Assembly (NCBI GenBank): GCA_033286805.1
Contig: GCA_033286805.1_4727.1
Reading direction: 5' to 3' (one strand)
Length of the DNA stretch: 64,000 nt
Origin: a phage
Below, in pieces: positions 49,005-56,711 of this stretch (its first letter is position 1; every line of letters begins with the position of its first letter). Both the position numbers and the translations under genes were made by a program. The notes beneath the pieces are model-generated. The model made no database searches. It saw only the letters and a program-made list of their open reading frames with translations, and had not been told where the DNA came from.

Positions 49005-49475
49005 TTATAACACGCCCCAAGCCATATTGGGTACAGGCTCGTTACGTTCGATGTAATACATCAAGCGTTCTTTAAGTTTGGTTAACGCCTCAGCAACGAT
49101 GTTCTCTATGGCGACGACCTTTTCCATATTGCTCATCGTATCCTTCCACGTGAACCATTCGATCAAATTAACGGTGTGTAAGACCTTGTTATCGTCGGTC
49201 ATAACCTGGGTATTTTCACGACGATCGCGGGTTGTATACAACGGCGTTTGTATATTCGTTTTAATACGTGTCCAAAGCTCTTCCAGGAACTCACTCGATC
49301 GACTATCTGCCGTGACGATAAGCTCACTACGTACTGATTGTTCTCCTCGCTTTTCAATAACAAATAAACCATCGTAATCGATGTTCATCAATTTACGGAG
49401 GTTATCATTGCTATTCCAGTCTTTTACAACGGCAGGAAGTCGGCTATTGTAACCTTCAGGCAATCTCTCAATCAT
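49005..49475 (-). CDS. hypothetical protein (156 aa)
   Basis: ORF. Confidence 0.45.
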   Translation of the reverse strand: MIERLPEGYNSRLPAVVKDWNSNDNLRKLMNIDYDGLFVIEKRGEQSVRSELIVTADSRSSEFLEELWTRIKTNIQTPLYTTRDRRENTQVMTDDNKVLHTVNLIEWFTWKDTMSNMEKVVAIENIVAEALTKLKERLMYYIERNEPVPNMAWGVL

Positions 49476-49905
49476 CGGTTTCTGCTCCTATATCACGTTT
49501 AAGGTCGGCCACCAGTTTTTCATAATGGTCTTTTATTACATTGGCAATAACGAATTGCACTTTTCTCACCAGCTGCTCATTGGCATCACTGAACGTAAGA
49601 TGCTCACGCACTTCAACCGGACGTGATACACCGCCGATATCGTAGACTTTGTTCGATGTACGGCGAGCAATCACTGGAAGCGGTTCCACGGCGGCCAGTG
49701 CAGTACAGATTTCCGTAACGAGTTCTTGAATGCTGCTTCTGCCTTCGATAATAACAGAACAGCGATAGACATCTACCTCGTTAAGCTGTTCAACGACATC
49801 AGCCTTGATTTTGAAATTTCCAATAAGCGAGCTCACCAAAGTGCTATGCCAGTTGTTCACCACCCCGACCAACAGCGGATGATTCTCAAGATCTCTTCTA
49901 TTCAT
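49468..49905 (-). CDS. hypothetical protein (145 aa)
   Basis: ORF. Confidence 0.45.
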   Translation of the reverse strand: MNRRDLENHPLLVGVVNNWHSTLVSSLIGNFKIKADVVEQLNEVDVYRCSVIIEGRSSIQELVTEICTALAAVEPLPVIARRTSNKVYDIGGVSRPVEVREHLTFSDANEQLVRKVQFVIANVIKDHYEKLVADLKRDIGAETDD

Positions 49906-50080
49906 CAGTTAGCTCCTAAATAGATCTACAACGAACTTTCGATGGAAGGGAGTATGTTTCCCTTCCTTGGGTTCGTTTATTGCGTTACGAAGCTTTACAG
50001 CTTGCGTAAACCACAACGGTTCCATTGTTGATTACCTCAACATCATCCTGGTCCGTTTGATCGCAAGTTTGGTGTCCGCA

Positions 50081-50425
50081 TTAACTCCCTCTGTGGTGCG
50101 AAAACAAAACATCTAACTGTTCCCGTTGTTCTTTTAAGCATGCAGGAAGCTGGTCTTCCCGTACCGTTCCGATTTCCAACGTGATGTACCAACGTTGTTC
50201 TGAGGCCTGCCATTGAAAACTGCTCTGTAACCGCAGGATGTTAGGATCACGTACCTTGTTTGCACTGTAACGGTTGAACCAATCCAGGTATTCTGCTTTC
50301 CCTTCCTCGTCGGCAACGTAACGCTGCACGCTGTTCTTCCCTTTGTTCTCGTATCCCGTTGCACGTATCATGCGAACGTTTCTCCTGTAATGTGTTGTGG
50401 GCGTTGTAGCATGGTAACATCCCAT
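50081..50425 (-). CDS. hypothetical protein (about 100-114 aa)
   Basis: ORF; overlaps the upstream gene, start uncertain. Confidence 0.4.
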   Translation of the reverse strand: MGCYHATTPTTHYRRNVRMIRATGYENKGKNSVQRYVADEEGKAEYLDWFNRYSANKVRDPNILRLQSSFQWQASEQRWYITLEIGTVREDQLPACLKEQREQLDVLFSHHRGS

Positions 50426-51150
50426 TGTACGATCCGGCTCCGGCTTACCAGCATCATGACGGATTCATCATCAAGCCCTGGTTGCGCAACCGGCAACCAA
50501 CGTTCGTTAAGCACCTTCGCTTCAACGCGTTTCTTGCGGGGATTGTAACGCACCTCGCTGACCCAAGCGAATCCAAGCGGATGCACAACCCGTGGATAAT
50601 ACATGCGAAGCAATTGATGCATTTGATCCATTGCCTCCAAGCTCGCATCCGCCAGGTAAGGTTTCACCATGGCAAGCTTTTTGGTGTAATACGTTCCAAC
50701 GGTATGGTTCGCCCACCCAGGAAGCGCGTGATGGAATCCTACCTGTAATTGTGTATTGCCGTTCACCTTCAGCCAACCGTATTGTCCCGCCGCACGTCCC
50801 TCGTCAGTATCGATCCATGTAAGTATATCGATGAACGCACGATCGGCGATCTCGATGCGTTCCACCCGTTCATCCAACGCACCACGTACCACGAATCCGC
50901 TCGCGCTCAGCCGTGCAGGATGCTGGCTACGATGTGCGTACCAATTCTTGTTGCCGGTAAGCAGGTAAGGATACAAGTGCGCACCACGCCAAACAACCTT
51001 TCCGTTCGTCCCGTCGACGCAACGTACACGCATCCCAGCCTGACCGCTGCTGTAGCATGCTACCCTCACGCATTCGTTTTGAACATCGCTCGGTAACGCC
51101 AGGTATTCATCTCCAGTAAACATGGTATCAAAAATCAATGCTTCTTTCAT
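50368..51150 (-). CDS. hypothetical protein (260 aa), first gene of the minus-strand operon
   Basis: Long ORF directly downstream of the large non-coding region and promoter-like motif copy 4. Confidence 0.5.
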   Translation of the reverse strand: MKEALIFDTMFTGDEYLALPSDVQNECVRVACYSSGQAGMRVRCVDGTNGKVVWRGAHLYPYLLTGNKNWYAHRSQHPARLSASGFVVRGALDERVERIEIADRAFIDILTWIDTDEGRAAGQYGWLKVNGNTQLQVGFHHALPGWANHTVGTYYTKKLAMVKPYLADASLEAMDQMHQLLRMYYPRVVHPLGFAWVSEVRYNPRKKRVEAKVLNERWLPVAQPGLDDESVMMLVSRSRIVQWDVTMLQRPQHITGETFA

Positions 51151-51229
51151 CTAAAAAGATCCTCTGTTTTTCACGTTAATTAAACAACGTATTGATTTCT
51201 ATTTGACACAATACGAACATTGTACGTAT

Positions 51230-51257
51230 CTATCACTTAGGTAATATAGTCGTGAAA
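51230..51257 (-). promoter_or_regulatory. Promoter-like conserved motif, copy 4 (ctatcacttaggtaatatagtcgtgaaa)
   Basis: About 80 nt upstream of the start at 51150; shares extended identity with copy 3. Confidence 0.45.
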
Positions 51258-51351
51258 GGATTTGCATTAAAGCAAGGGTTTTGTTTTTTAAGAAGGGATG
51301 GATTTAGAAGAGGTGTTTCAAGGAAGGTAAACGAGGATAGGTATTTTGATT

Positions 51352-51367
51352 TAAGTAAGTAAGTAAG
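51352..51367. repeat. (TAAG)x4 microsatellite
   Basis: Read directly: taagtaagtaagtaag. Confidence 0.8.
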
Positions 51368-51370
51368 ATG

Positions 51371-51516
51371 TTATCTGTATTTGTTAAAAGTGTATTGTCT
51401 AAGTTATCTTGTTTATCTTAGGTTATGTCTTATTGTTTAATCGTTTTATCTTTGTATGTTTAAGTTGTTTTATTTATCTTGTTTGTTTATTTAAAAGTAA
51501 GTTAATAAGCTTATCT
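51371..51516. repeat. Six direct TTATCT(T) repeats at roughly 30-35-nt spacing in a C-depleted T-rich tract
   Basis: Copies at 51371, 51404, 51413, 51446, 51474 and 51511; C is rare on the plus strand between about 51260 and 51520. Confidence 0.6.
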
Positions 51517-51733
51517 TCAAAACAATGGATAACATGTGTTTACCACCTTAACGGTAACACATGTCATCTGTGCATTACACTCCGCTATCACTTCGTTACA
51601 TGCTTATATGTTGGATAACTCAAAAAACATTTGTGATACTCTTCTTCACGTTGTTCATCAGAGTATCTCGTCTATACTCATTGCATTCGTATACGACATA
51701 ACCGTTATACGCTAACGCTACGCTTATAGCTTG

Positions 51734-51800
51734 ATAACTCTAAGGATAAAAACATAAACTCGCTTCGCTCGTTTAGTTTTTCTTTTTCTTAGAGTTATCC
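51734..51800. repeat. 12-bp inverted repeat GATAACTCTAAG ... CTTAGAGTTATC separated by about 43 nt
   Basis: Arms at 51734-51745 and 51789-51800; further GGATAAC-type motifs at 51527 and 51613. Confidence 0.55.
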
Positions 51801-51963
51801 TGTTGCTCGTCTCTAAAGGACTTCGCTCCTCCCCCGTCCCCCGAAGGGGCCGAGGTCGTGGAAATTTTACTTTCCAAATACATTTACAACATCTGTAAAC
51901 TTTTACTCCAGGTACTTAATCTTATCATTAGAAATTATAAAAGAGAATAAACACAAACATAAA

Positions 51964-51995
51964 CCTTCCTCCAACCCAACAGGGAAGGAGGAAGG
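51964..51995. terminator. Conserved stem-loop family member (CCTTCCTCC aacccaacaggg aa GGAGGAAGG) at the 3' end of gene 52012..52905
   Basis: Near-identical to the reverse complement of the 35967 hairpin and to the 63924 hairpin. Confidence 0.55.
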
Positions 51996-52011
51996 GAGAG
52001 ATTAATTAAAA

Positions 52012-52905
52012 TTAATCAGCGACGTTATAACCGAATACTGCTTTACCGTAGGTGTGAGTACCGTTAGCTAACGACAGCACCAGCACATGGTTGTACGTAG
52101 CGTTAACGCCCTTGTCAGTAGACTCGGTGGTAGCACCGTTATAGACAAAGGTAGCCGTTTGCAGATTGGCTTTCAGTTCATTGATGATATCATCACTTAC
52201 GCCGGTCTGCTCTTTGATCAGGGTGGTCAGGTTACCTGCTAAGCTTGCATCGATATTTACTTCGTTGCCAGTAATAGCTTGTAAACCTGGAGCGTAAGTA
52301 CTGAAGTCTAACGGATAGGTTAACAGACGTGCTGACGTTTTGGTACCATCGCCTTCATCAACGTAGGTTAAGTTACCCAGGTTGGTAACCTTGATGATGT
52401 TAGCCAGATCCAGCGTGGTGTTATAAACTTTAACTTGAACAGAGCCATACCACGCCAACGAATCTTCTTTGGCTTCCAGGGTGATCGTCTGGATACCTGA
52501 CTGATCAAAGGTAACCTGAGTAGCTAACGTTTCGGCTTTGATGTCTTTCGTTTTATCCAGGAACTTCTCACCGGAAGGCGTGATCATACCGTAGCGTTGA
52601 GCTACAAGGTCAACCACATCACCGATGGTGGTGTTCGCCTCAACGTTAACACGTACAGCGATCTTCTGGAACCACTTAGCCAGATCCAGACGATGGTAGG
52701 TGACATCGCGGTTATTGAAGTAAGGGGTACCTTCACCAGGACTAAGTGTTAAAGTTGCTTCTGGAGCAGAAGGATTCTTTTCTTTAAGGACGTATTTAAG
52801 GTCGGTGTATTTAAAGTTGGCACCAGTGTCGGCGTTGAGCTGGTTAATCTCATCAACGATAAGTTGCCAAGGTGTTTTTAAAGTAAGCGATACTTGAGCT
52901 GTCAT
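52012..52905 (-). CDS. hypothetical protein (297 aa), paralogous to 53048..53590; possibly virion-associated
   Basis: Shared segments with the neighbouring gene (TYHRLDLAKWF ~ YYDRLALSEVF; LAWYGSVQVKV ~ LVYTGTLQVAL). Confidence 0.55.
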   Translation of the reverse strand: MTAQVSLTLKTPWQLIVDEINQLNADTGANFKYTDLKYVLKEKNPSAPEATLTLSPGEGTPYFNNRDVTYHRLDLAKWFQKIAVRVNVEANTTIGDVVDLVAQRYGMITPSGEKFLDKTKDIKAETLATQVTFDQSGIQTITLEAKEDSLAWYGSVQVKVYNTTLDLANIIKVTNLGNLTYVDEGDGTKTSARLLTYPLDFSTYAPGLQAITGNEVNIDASLAGNLTTLIKEQTGVSDDIINELKANLQTATFVYNGATTESTDKGVNATYNHVLVLSLANGTHTYGKAVFGYNVAD

Positions 52906-53047
52906 TTTCTACCTCTATGGTTGTTACATCACTCTCAAAAGATGTAAGTGTTTACAGAAATAAGTATATTTTATATTAAATGTGAATAATATGGAGAACG
53001 ACTCCGAATCTCCTTTTCGACCATCAAAAATCAGAGGACACACAATC

Positions 53048-53590
53048 ATGGCCTTAGACTTTAACAAAGCAGCGAAATCCCTTCTGCTTGATCTTATCAA
53101 CACCAAAGCAACCCGTGCACTGGCCGAACAAGAACTGCAGTTCGGTACCCCGGGGGCATCTTCCGAACATGAAAAGAACACCGTTATTCAGCTGGACGCT
53201 GCGCCTGAAGCAGAAAACCTGCAGGGTAGTCAGCAGTTCTACTACGATCGTCTGGCTCTGTCCGAAGTTTTCGCTGATGTAACCGGCGACGTTACTTTCG
53301 AACTGCCGCACGGTACCGACAGCATCCAGGCTTCTGAACTGGTAAGCAAGCTGGTCACCAAATTCGGCCTGGCTTCCCTGAACGGTGAAATCAAAGAAGA
53401 AACCTTCCAGCTGTCTGCTGGTACTGTTGGTCAGGTAACTCTGAGTGCGATCGATAATGGTCTGGTATATACCGGCACTCTGCAGGTTGCTCTGACCTAT
53501 GCAGCAGCACCGAAAGACCAACTGGCAACTGTTCTGGCGGATAACGTAGCTGATGGCTTCGTGAAACCGACCGTTAGCGTTGTTGGCTAA
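53048..53590 (+). CDS. hypothetical protein (about 181 aa), strongly host-optimised codons, paralogue of 52012..52905
   Basis: Start placed at ATG 53048 after GAGGA RBS (ORF opens at 52982); codon choice almost exclusively CTG/CCG/GGT/ACC/GAA. Confidence 0.6.
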   Translation: MALDFNKAAKSLLLDLINTKATRALAEQELQFGTPGASSEHEKNTVIQLDAAPEAENLQGSQQFYYDRLALSEVFADVTGDVTFELPHGTDSIQASELVSKLVTKFGLASLNGEIKEETFQLSAGTVGQVTLSAIDNGLVYTGTLQVALTYAAAPKDQLATVLADNVADGFVKPTVSVVG

Positions 53591-53604
53591 TACCAATAGC
53601 TTAG

Positions 53605-53644
53605 AGCAATAGTATGGGTTTTGTACAGCTCGGCTATTGCTCTT
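53605..53644 (+). terminator. Possible terminator hairpin (AGAGCAATAG...CTATTGCTCT) after 53048..53590
   Basis: 10-bp inverted repeat with long loop 15 nt after the stop; U-tract weak. Confidence 0.35.
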
Positions 53645-53792
53645 CTACAATTTGGTTGTAACAATCTGCGTGGTTGCACGCTTATCTTTCTCATTGAGCG
53701 CTTCGTGTGAAGCGTGGTGTTGAAAGGGTTGTGGATCTCCTCAAGCGGCCAGGGACCCAGACCAACCTGAATAAACACGAACACCTGTTAAG

Positions 53793-53824
53793 CCCCTCCT
53801 CATCCGTTATTGGGTGAGGAGGGG
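53793..53824. terminator. Stem-loop CCCCTCCTCA...TGAGGAGGGG followed by TCTTATACGTCTTTAT
   Basis: 10-bp GC-rich stem between convergent transcription units. Confidence 0.55.
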
Positions 53825-53887
53825 TCTTATACGTCTTTATGCGTTCCGTTCGTTCTGGAGCGTTTTAGGACGGTTTACTGCAAGGTT

Positions 53888-54523
53888 TTATTCAACACTG
53901 AAACCGTTCAAACAGATAGCTTCGTAACGCTTACGTTCACGACGTTTACGCGCCTGCCAACCGTAAATGAACTTCTCGTCTTTCTCACGACGTTCAGCTA
54001 ATTCGATGTAATAGGTGCTCTGCATGTCCAGCATCGCATCGATGAGATAATCCTTACCAGTTGCGCCACGCTTAGCGATGTAGGCATCAAGAGCTGCCAG
54101 TGATTTGGGACCCATTGCACCATCAGCATCAATATCTTTCCAGTAAGTTTGACGGTTGTTCATGACGTTCAGGTAACGCTGAAGGTTCTTAACCGCAACC
54201 GTTTTACCTGCATTGATACCCAGGTCAAAGAGACGGTCAGCCAAGAACACAGAACGTTTCATGACTTCGTCAAGCTTCATCTTATCCCAGAAGTGGGTCT
54301 TGTAGATAAAGAACGCCATTTCCGTGGTAAGGTTACGCATGTTACCGTCCCACCCGAATTTCGTTTTCAGCGTGGTTTTGTACTGATCCGCAAGCGCTTT
54401 CGTAATGCCGTGGTTTGTACATTTTCCGCTGTCGTCTGGGTCATCAACATACCCGCCTTCAACATCGGTTTTGTCGCGAATGATGAATTCGCAGGTAAAA
54501 TCTTTTTCAGTAATCTTAGCCAT
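53888..54523 (-). CDS. Endolysin, GH108-type N-acetylmuramidase with peptidoglycan-binding region
   Basis: N-terminal EGGYVDDPDDSGKCTNHGIT matches the GH108 signature E-GGY...D.GG.T..GIT; length and C-terminal basic region fit a PG-binding module. Confidence 0.7.
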   Translation of the reverse strand: MAKITEKDFTCEFIIRDKTDVEGGYVDDPDDSGKCTNHGITKALADQYKTTLKTKFGWDGNMRNLTTEMAFFIYKTHFWDKMKLDEVMKRSVFLADRLFDLGINAGKTVAVKNLQRYLNVMNNRQTYWKDIDADGAMGPKSLAALDAYIAKRGATGKDYLIDAMLDMQSTYYIELAERREKDEKFIYGWQARKRRERKRYEAICLNGFSVE

Positions 54524-54625
54524 TAGAACTCCTCGTTGGAATAACGATTTAGAGGAACAGGGAAGCCCTAGAACACGATAAACGATTTAATCCAGGCAAA
54601 CCCCAGACTAAACTTTTCTAAGCGT

Positions 54626-54639
54626 TAGAACGCGTTCTA
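54626..54639. promoter_or_regulatory. 14-bp perfect palindrome TAGAACGCGTTCTA about 100 nt upstream of the endolysin start
   Basis: Read directly; too tight for a hairpin loop, so more likely a protein-binding site. Confidence 0.3.
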
Positions 54640-54649
54640 GAGCGCAATA

Positions 54650-56698
54650 TCAAATACCTTTGGTTCCCTTCACGTGATGTGCGATTTCTTCAACCATTGC
54701 ACGCAGGGCACGAAGCTGTTGGTCGTGTTCGTACCAACCGCCTAACAGAACCCCGCTATACACCATGGTGTCAAGACTTAACAGTCCTTTATCTGATACG
54801 TTGATCATTTCAGGGAACTGTTCTTGAACACGCTGTGCGATAACACCGATCTTCTCGACATCAGGATCGTAGTTGTGACGGAAACGGGCAAGCCCGCTGC
54901 GCGCCATTTCACGTAAACGTTCACTGAGAGATTCCGGATGATCTTTCAGATAACGAATGTCGTGTTTACTGCGTTCATCCGAGCGGATGTATGCGTTAGG
55001 AACATCGATGTTACTGTTGAAGTACAGCGCACTACCACCACCTGCAGAGTTCCCCCAATAGAAGCGTGTGATCTCACCGCCGCCATTCTCCGTGATGATG
55101 ACATGTTTACCTAAACGCGTACCACCATTACCATCAACGAAGACCAGTTTGTTTCCGCTGTAAGAACCCCAGAACAAGCGTGTATCGATGATGTGTGTTG
55201 CGGCGAGACGGGCGTTACGTGGTGTAGAATACACGGTGTTAACATCTTGCTGTGCATGCGCATCGGAAGCGATCCCGTAGTTCTGTACGTTACCCAACCC
55301 TACCTGCGCTTTTGTAACAGCATGAGGGTTATCCCGACGGTTGGCGTGAGCGTTAACCAGATCACCCGCTAATTTCTGAATTGCCCAGTTGGTAGACTGT
55401 GGTGTCATGTAACGGTTCGTTGCAGAACCACCTTGCGCTTCAGCTTGGTTAGCGGTTGGGTAGTTCTCAACACTTCCTAACCCTACTTGTGCTTTAGACA
55501 CTTGGTGTGGGTTATTCTTATCGGCGATGTGTGCATTAAGCGGAACTAACGCAAAGGTCTCAATGGACGCTTTGGTTGTGTTCGGTGCCATTAATCGGTT
55601 AGCTGCAACACCAGCACGCGCTTCTTCTTCAGAAGCCATTGGGTAGTCTTGCACATTCCCTAACCCAACCTGTGCTTTGGTCACCCTGTGTGGGTTGTTA
55701 TAATCGGCTTTATGCGCATTAAGCGGAATCAATGCGAACTGTTCAATCGATGCAACGGTACGTAGCGGCGTCATGAAACGGTTGTTCGCTGTTCCGGCTT
55801 TCGCCTCATCATCCGAAGCGGTCGGGAAGTTATCAACGTTCCCAAGGTTAACCTGTGCTTTGGTGACACTGTGTGGGTTATCCCGACGGTTAGCATGCGC
55901 GTCGACTAGATCGCCCGCCAGTTTAGCAATCGCCCAGCCAACCGTTTGTGCGGTCATGTAACGGTCAGGTGCGGTACCGGCTTCTGCCTCCGCCTTGTTT
56001 GCGGTAGGATAGTTCTGTACGTTACCTAGTCCGACTTGGGCTTTTGTTACTTCGTGTGGGTTATCGGTACGGTTAGCGTGAGCGTAATGCAGATCGGTTA
56101 GATCTTTATCCGCCGCTTGCATGTCTTTGCGTAGCTGATCGATTGCCGCCCAGAGACGGTTATCGGACGCAGCATCACCGATGAGTATTGCGGCTTTTAA
56201 CGAATAGATCGCTAAGCAAAGATGTTCGGTACCGTAAATAGCACTAACGTGGTGGATGTGTGGTTCAGGCGGATAGAGTTCCGGTTTGTTCTTGATGTCA
56301 TCCCAGTTGATCGGACGATCGTCAAGTTTGAGTTCTTCGATAGCCTGATATAACGCGTCAATAAGACTTACGTAAACACCACCGATGATACGATAGTCGT
56401 TAATTAACGTCCCCTCGATATCATCGTTGATAATGGCGATGGCTGCACAGATTTCTTTACCCGCGTAAAGCGTAGCGTCCTGATACAAGAAGATAGGTTT
56501 GTAGTCCACGCCTCGCACCAGTGTCTTACCGGTAAGCTTTTCAGTGATGACCAGACTTTCGGTGAAGAACGGTCCGCCATCAAGGGCGTAACATTTATTC
56601 TCGGTTCGTGGAACGGTATGTTCTTCGCCAACGATGTGGTTGCTGGCGAGTGTACCGGTCCAGTCCTCGGGGTACTTCAGGGTAATTGGTGTCGACAT
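54650..56698 (-). CDS. Tail fibre protein with repeated NPH-x-VTKAQVGLGNV modules and C-terminal intramolecular chaperone (peptidase S74-like) domain
   Basis: About 5 tandem modules of roughly 40 aa; C-terminal SDERSKHDIRYL matches the S74 chaperone SD-x-R-x-K-x-x-I start motif. Confidence 0.7.
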   Translation of the reverse strand: MSTPITLKYPEDWTGTLASNHIVGEEHTVPRTENKCYALDGGPFFTESLVITEKLTGKTLVRGVDYKPIFLYQDATLYAGKEICAAIAIINDDIEGTLINDYRIIGGVYVSLIDALYQAIEELKLDDRPINWDDIKNKPELYPPEPHIHHVSAIYGTEHLCLAIYSLKAAILIGDAASDNRLWAAIDQLRKDMQAADKDLTDLHYAHANRTDNPHEVTKAQVGLGNVQNYPTANKAEAEAGTAPDRYMTAQTVGWAIAKLAGDLVDAHANRRDNPHSVTKAQVNLGNVDNFPTASDDEAKAGTANNRFMTPLRTVASIEQFALIPLNAHKADYNNPHRVTKAQVGLGNVQDYPMASEEEARAGVAANRLMAPNTTKASIETFALVPLNAHIADKNNPHQVSKAQVGLGSVENYPTANQAEAQGGSATNRYMTPQSTNWAIQKLAGDLVNAHANRRDNPHAVTKAQVGLGNVQNYGIASDAHAQQDVNTVYSTPRNARLAATHIIDTRLFWGSYSGNKLVFVDGNGGTRLGKHVIITENGGGEITRFYWGNSAGGGSALYFNSNIDVPNAYIRSDERSKHDIRYLKDHPESLSERLREMARSGLARFRHNYDPDVEKIGVIAQRVQEQFPEMINVSDKGLLSLDTMVYSGVLLGGWYEHDQQLRALRAMVEEIAHHVKGTKGI

Positions 56699-56711
56699 AA
56701 CCTGGAGGTCC

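Noticed and set aside
51409-51618. 69-aa hydrophobic ORF within the AT-rich non-coding region
   Set aside because: Its Leu/Phe/Cys-rich translation is a by-product of the T-rich C-poor composition; it has no RBS and is interrupted by the repeat array.
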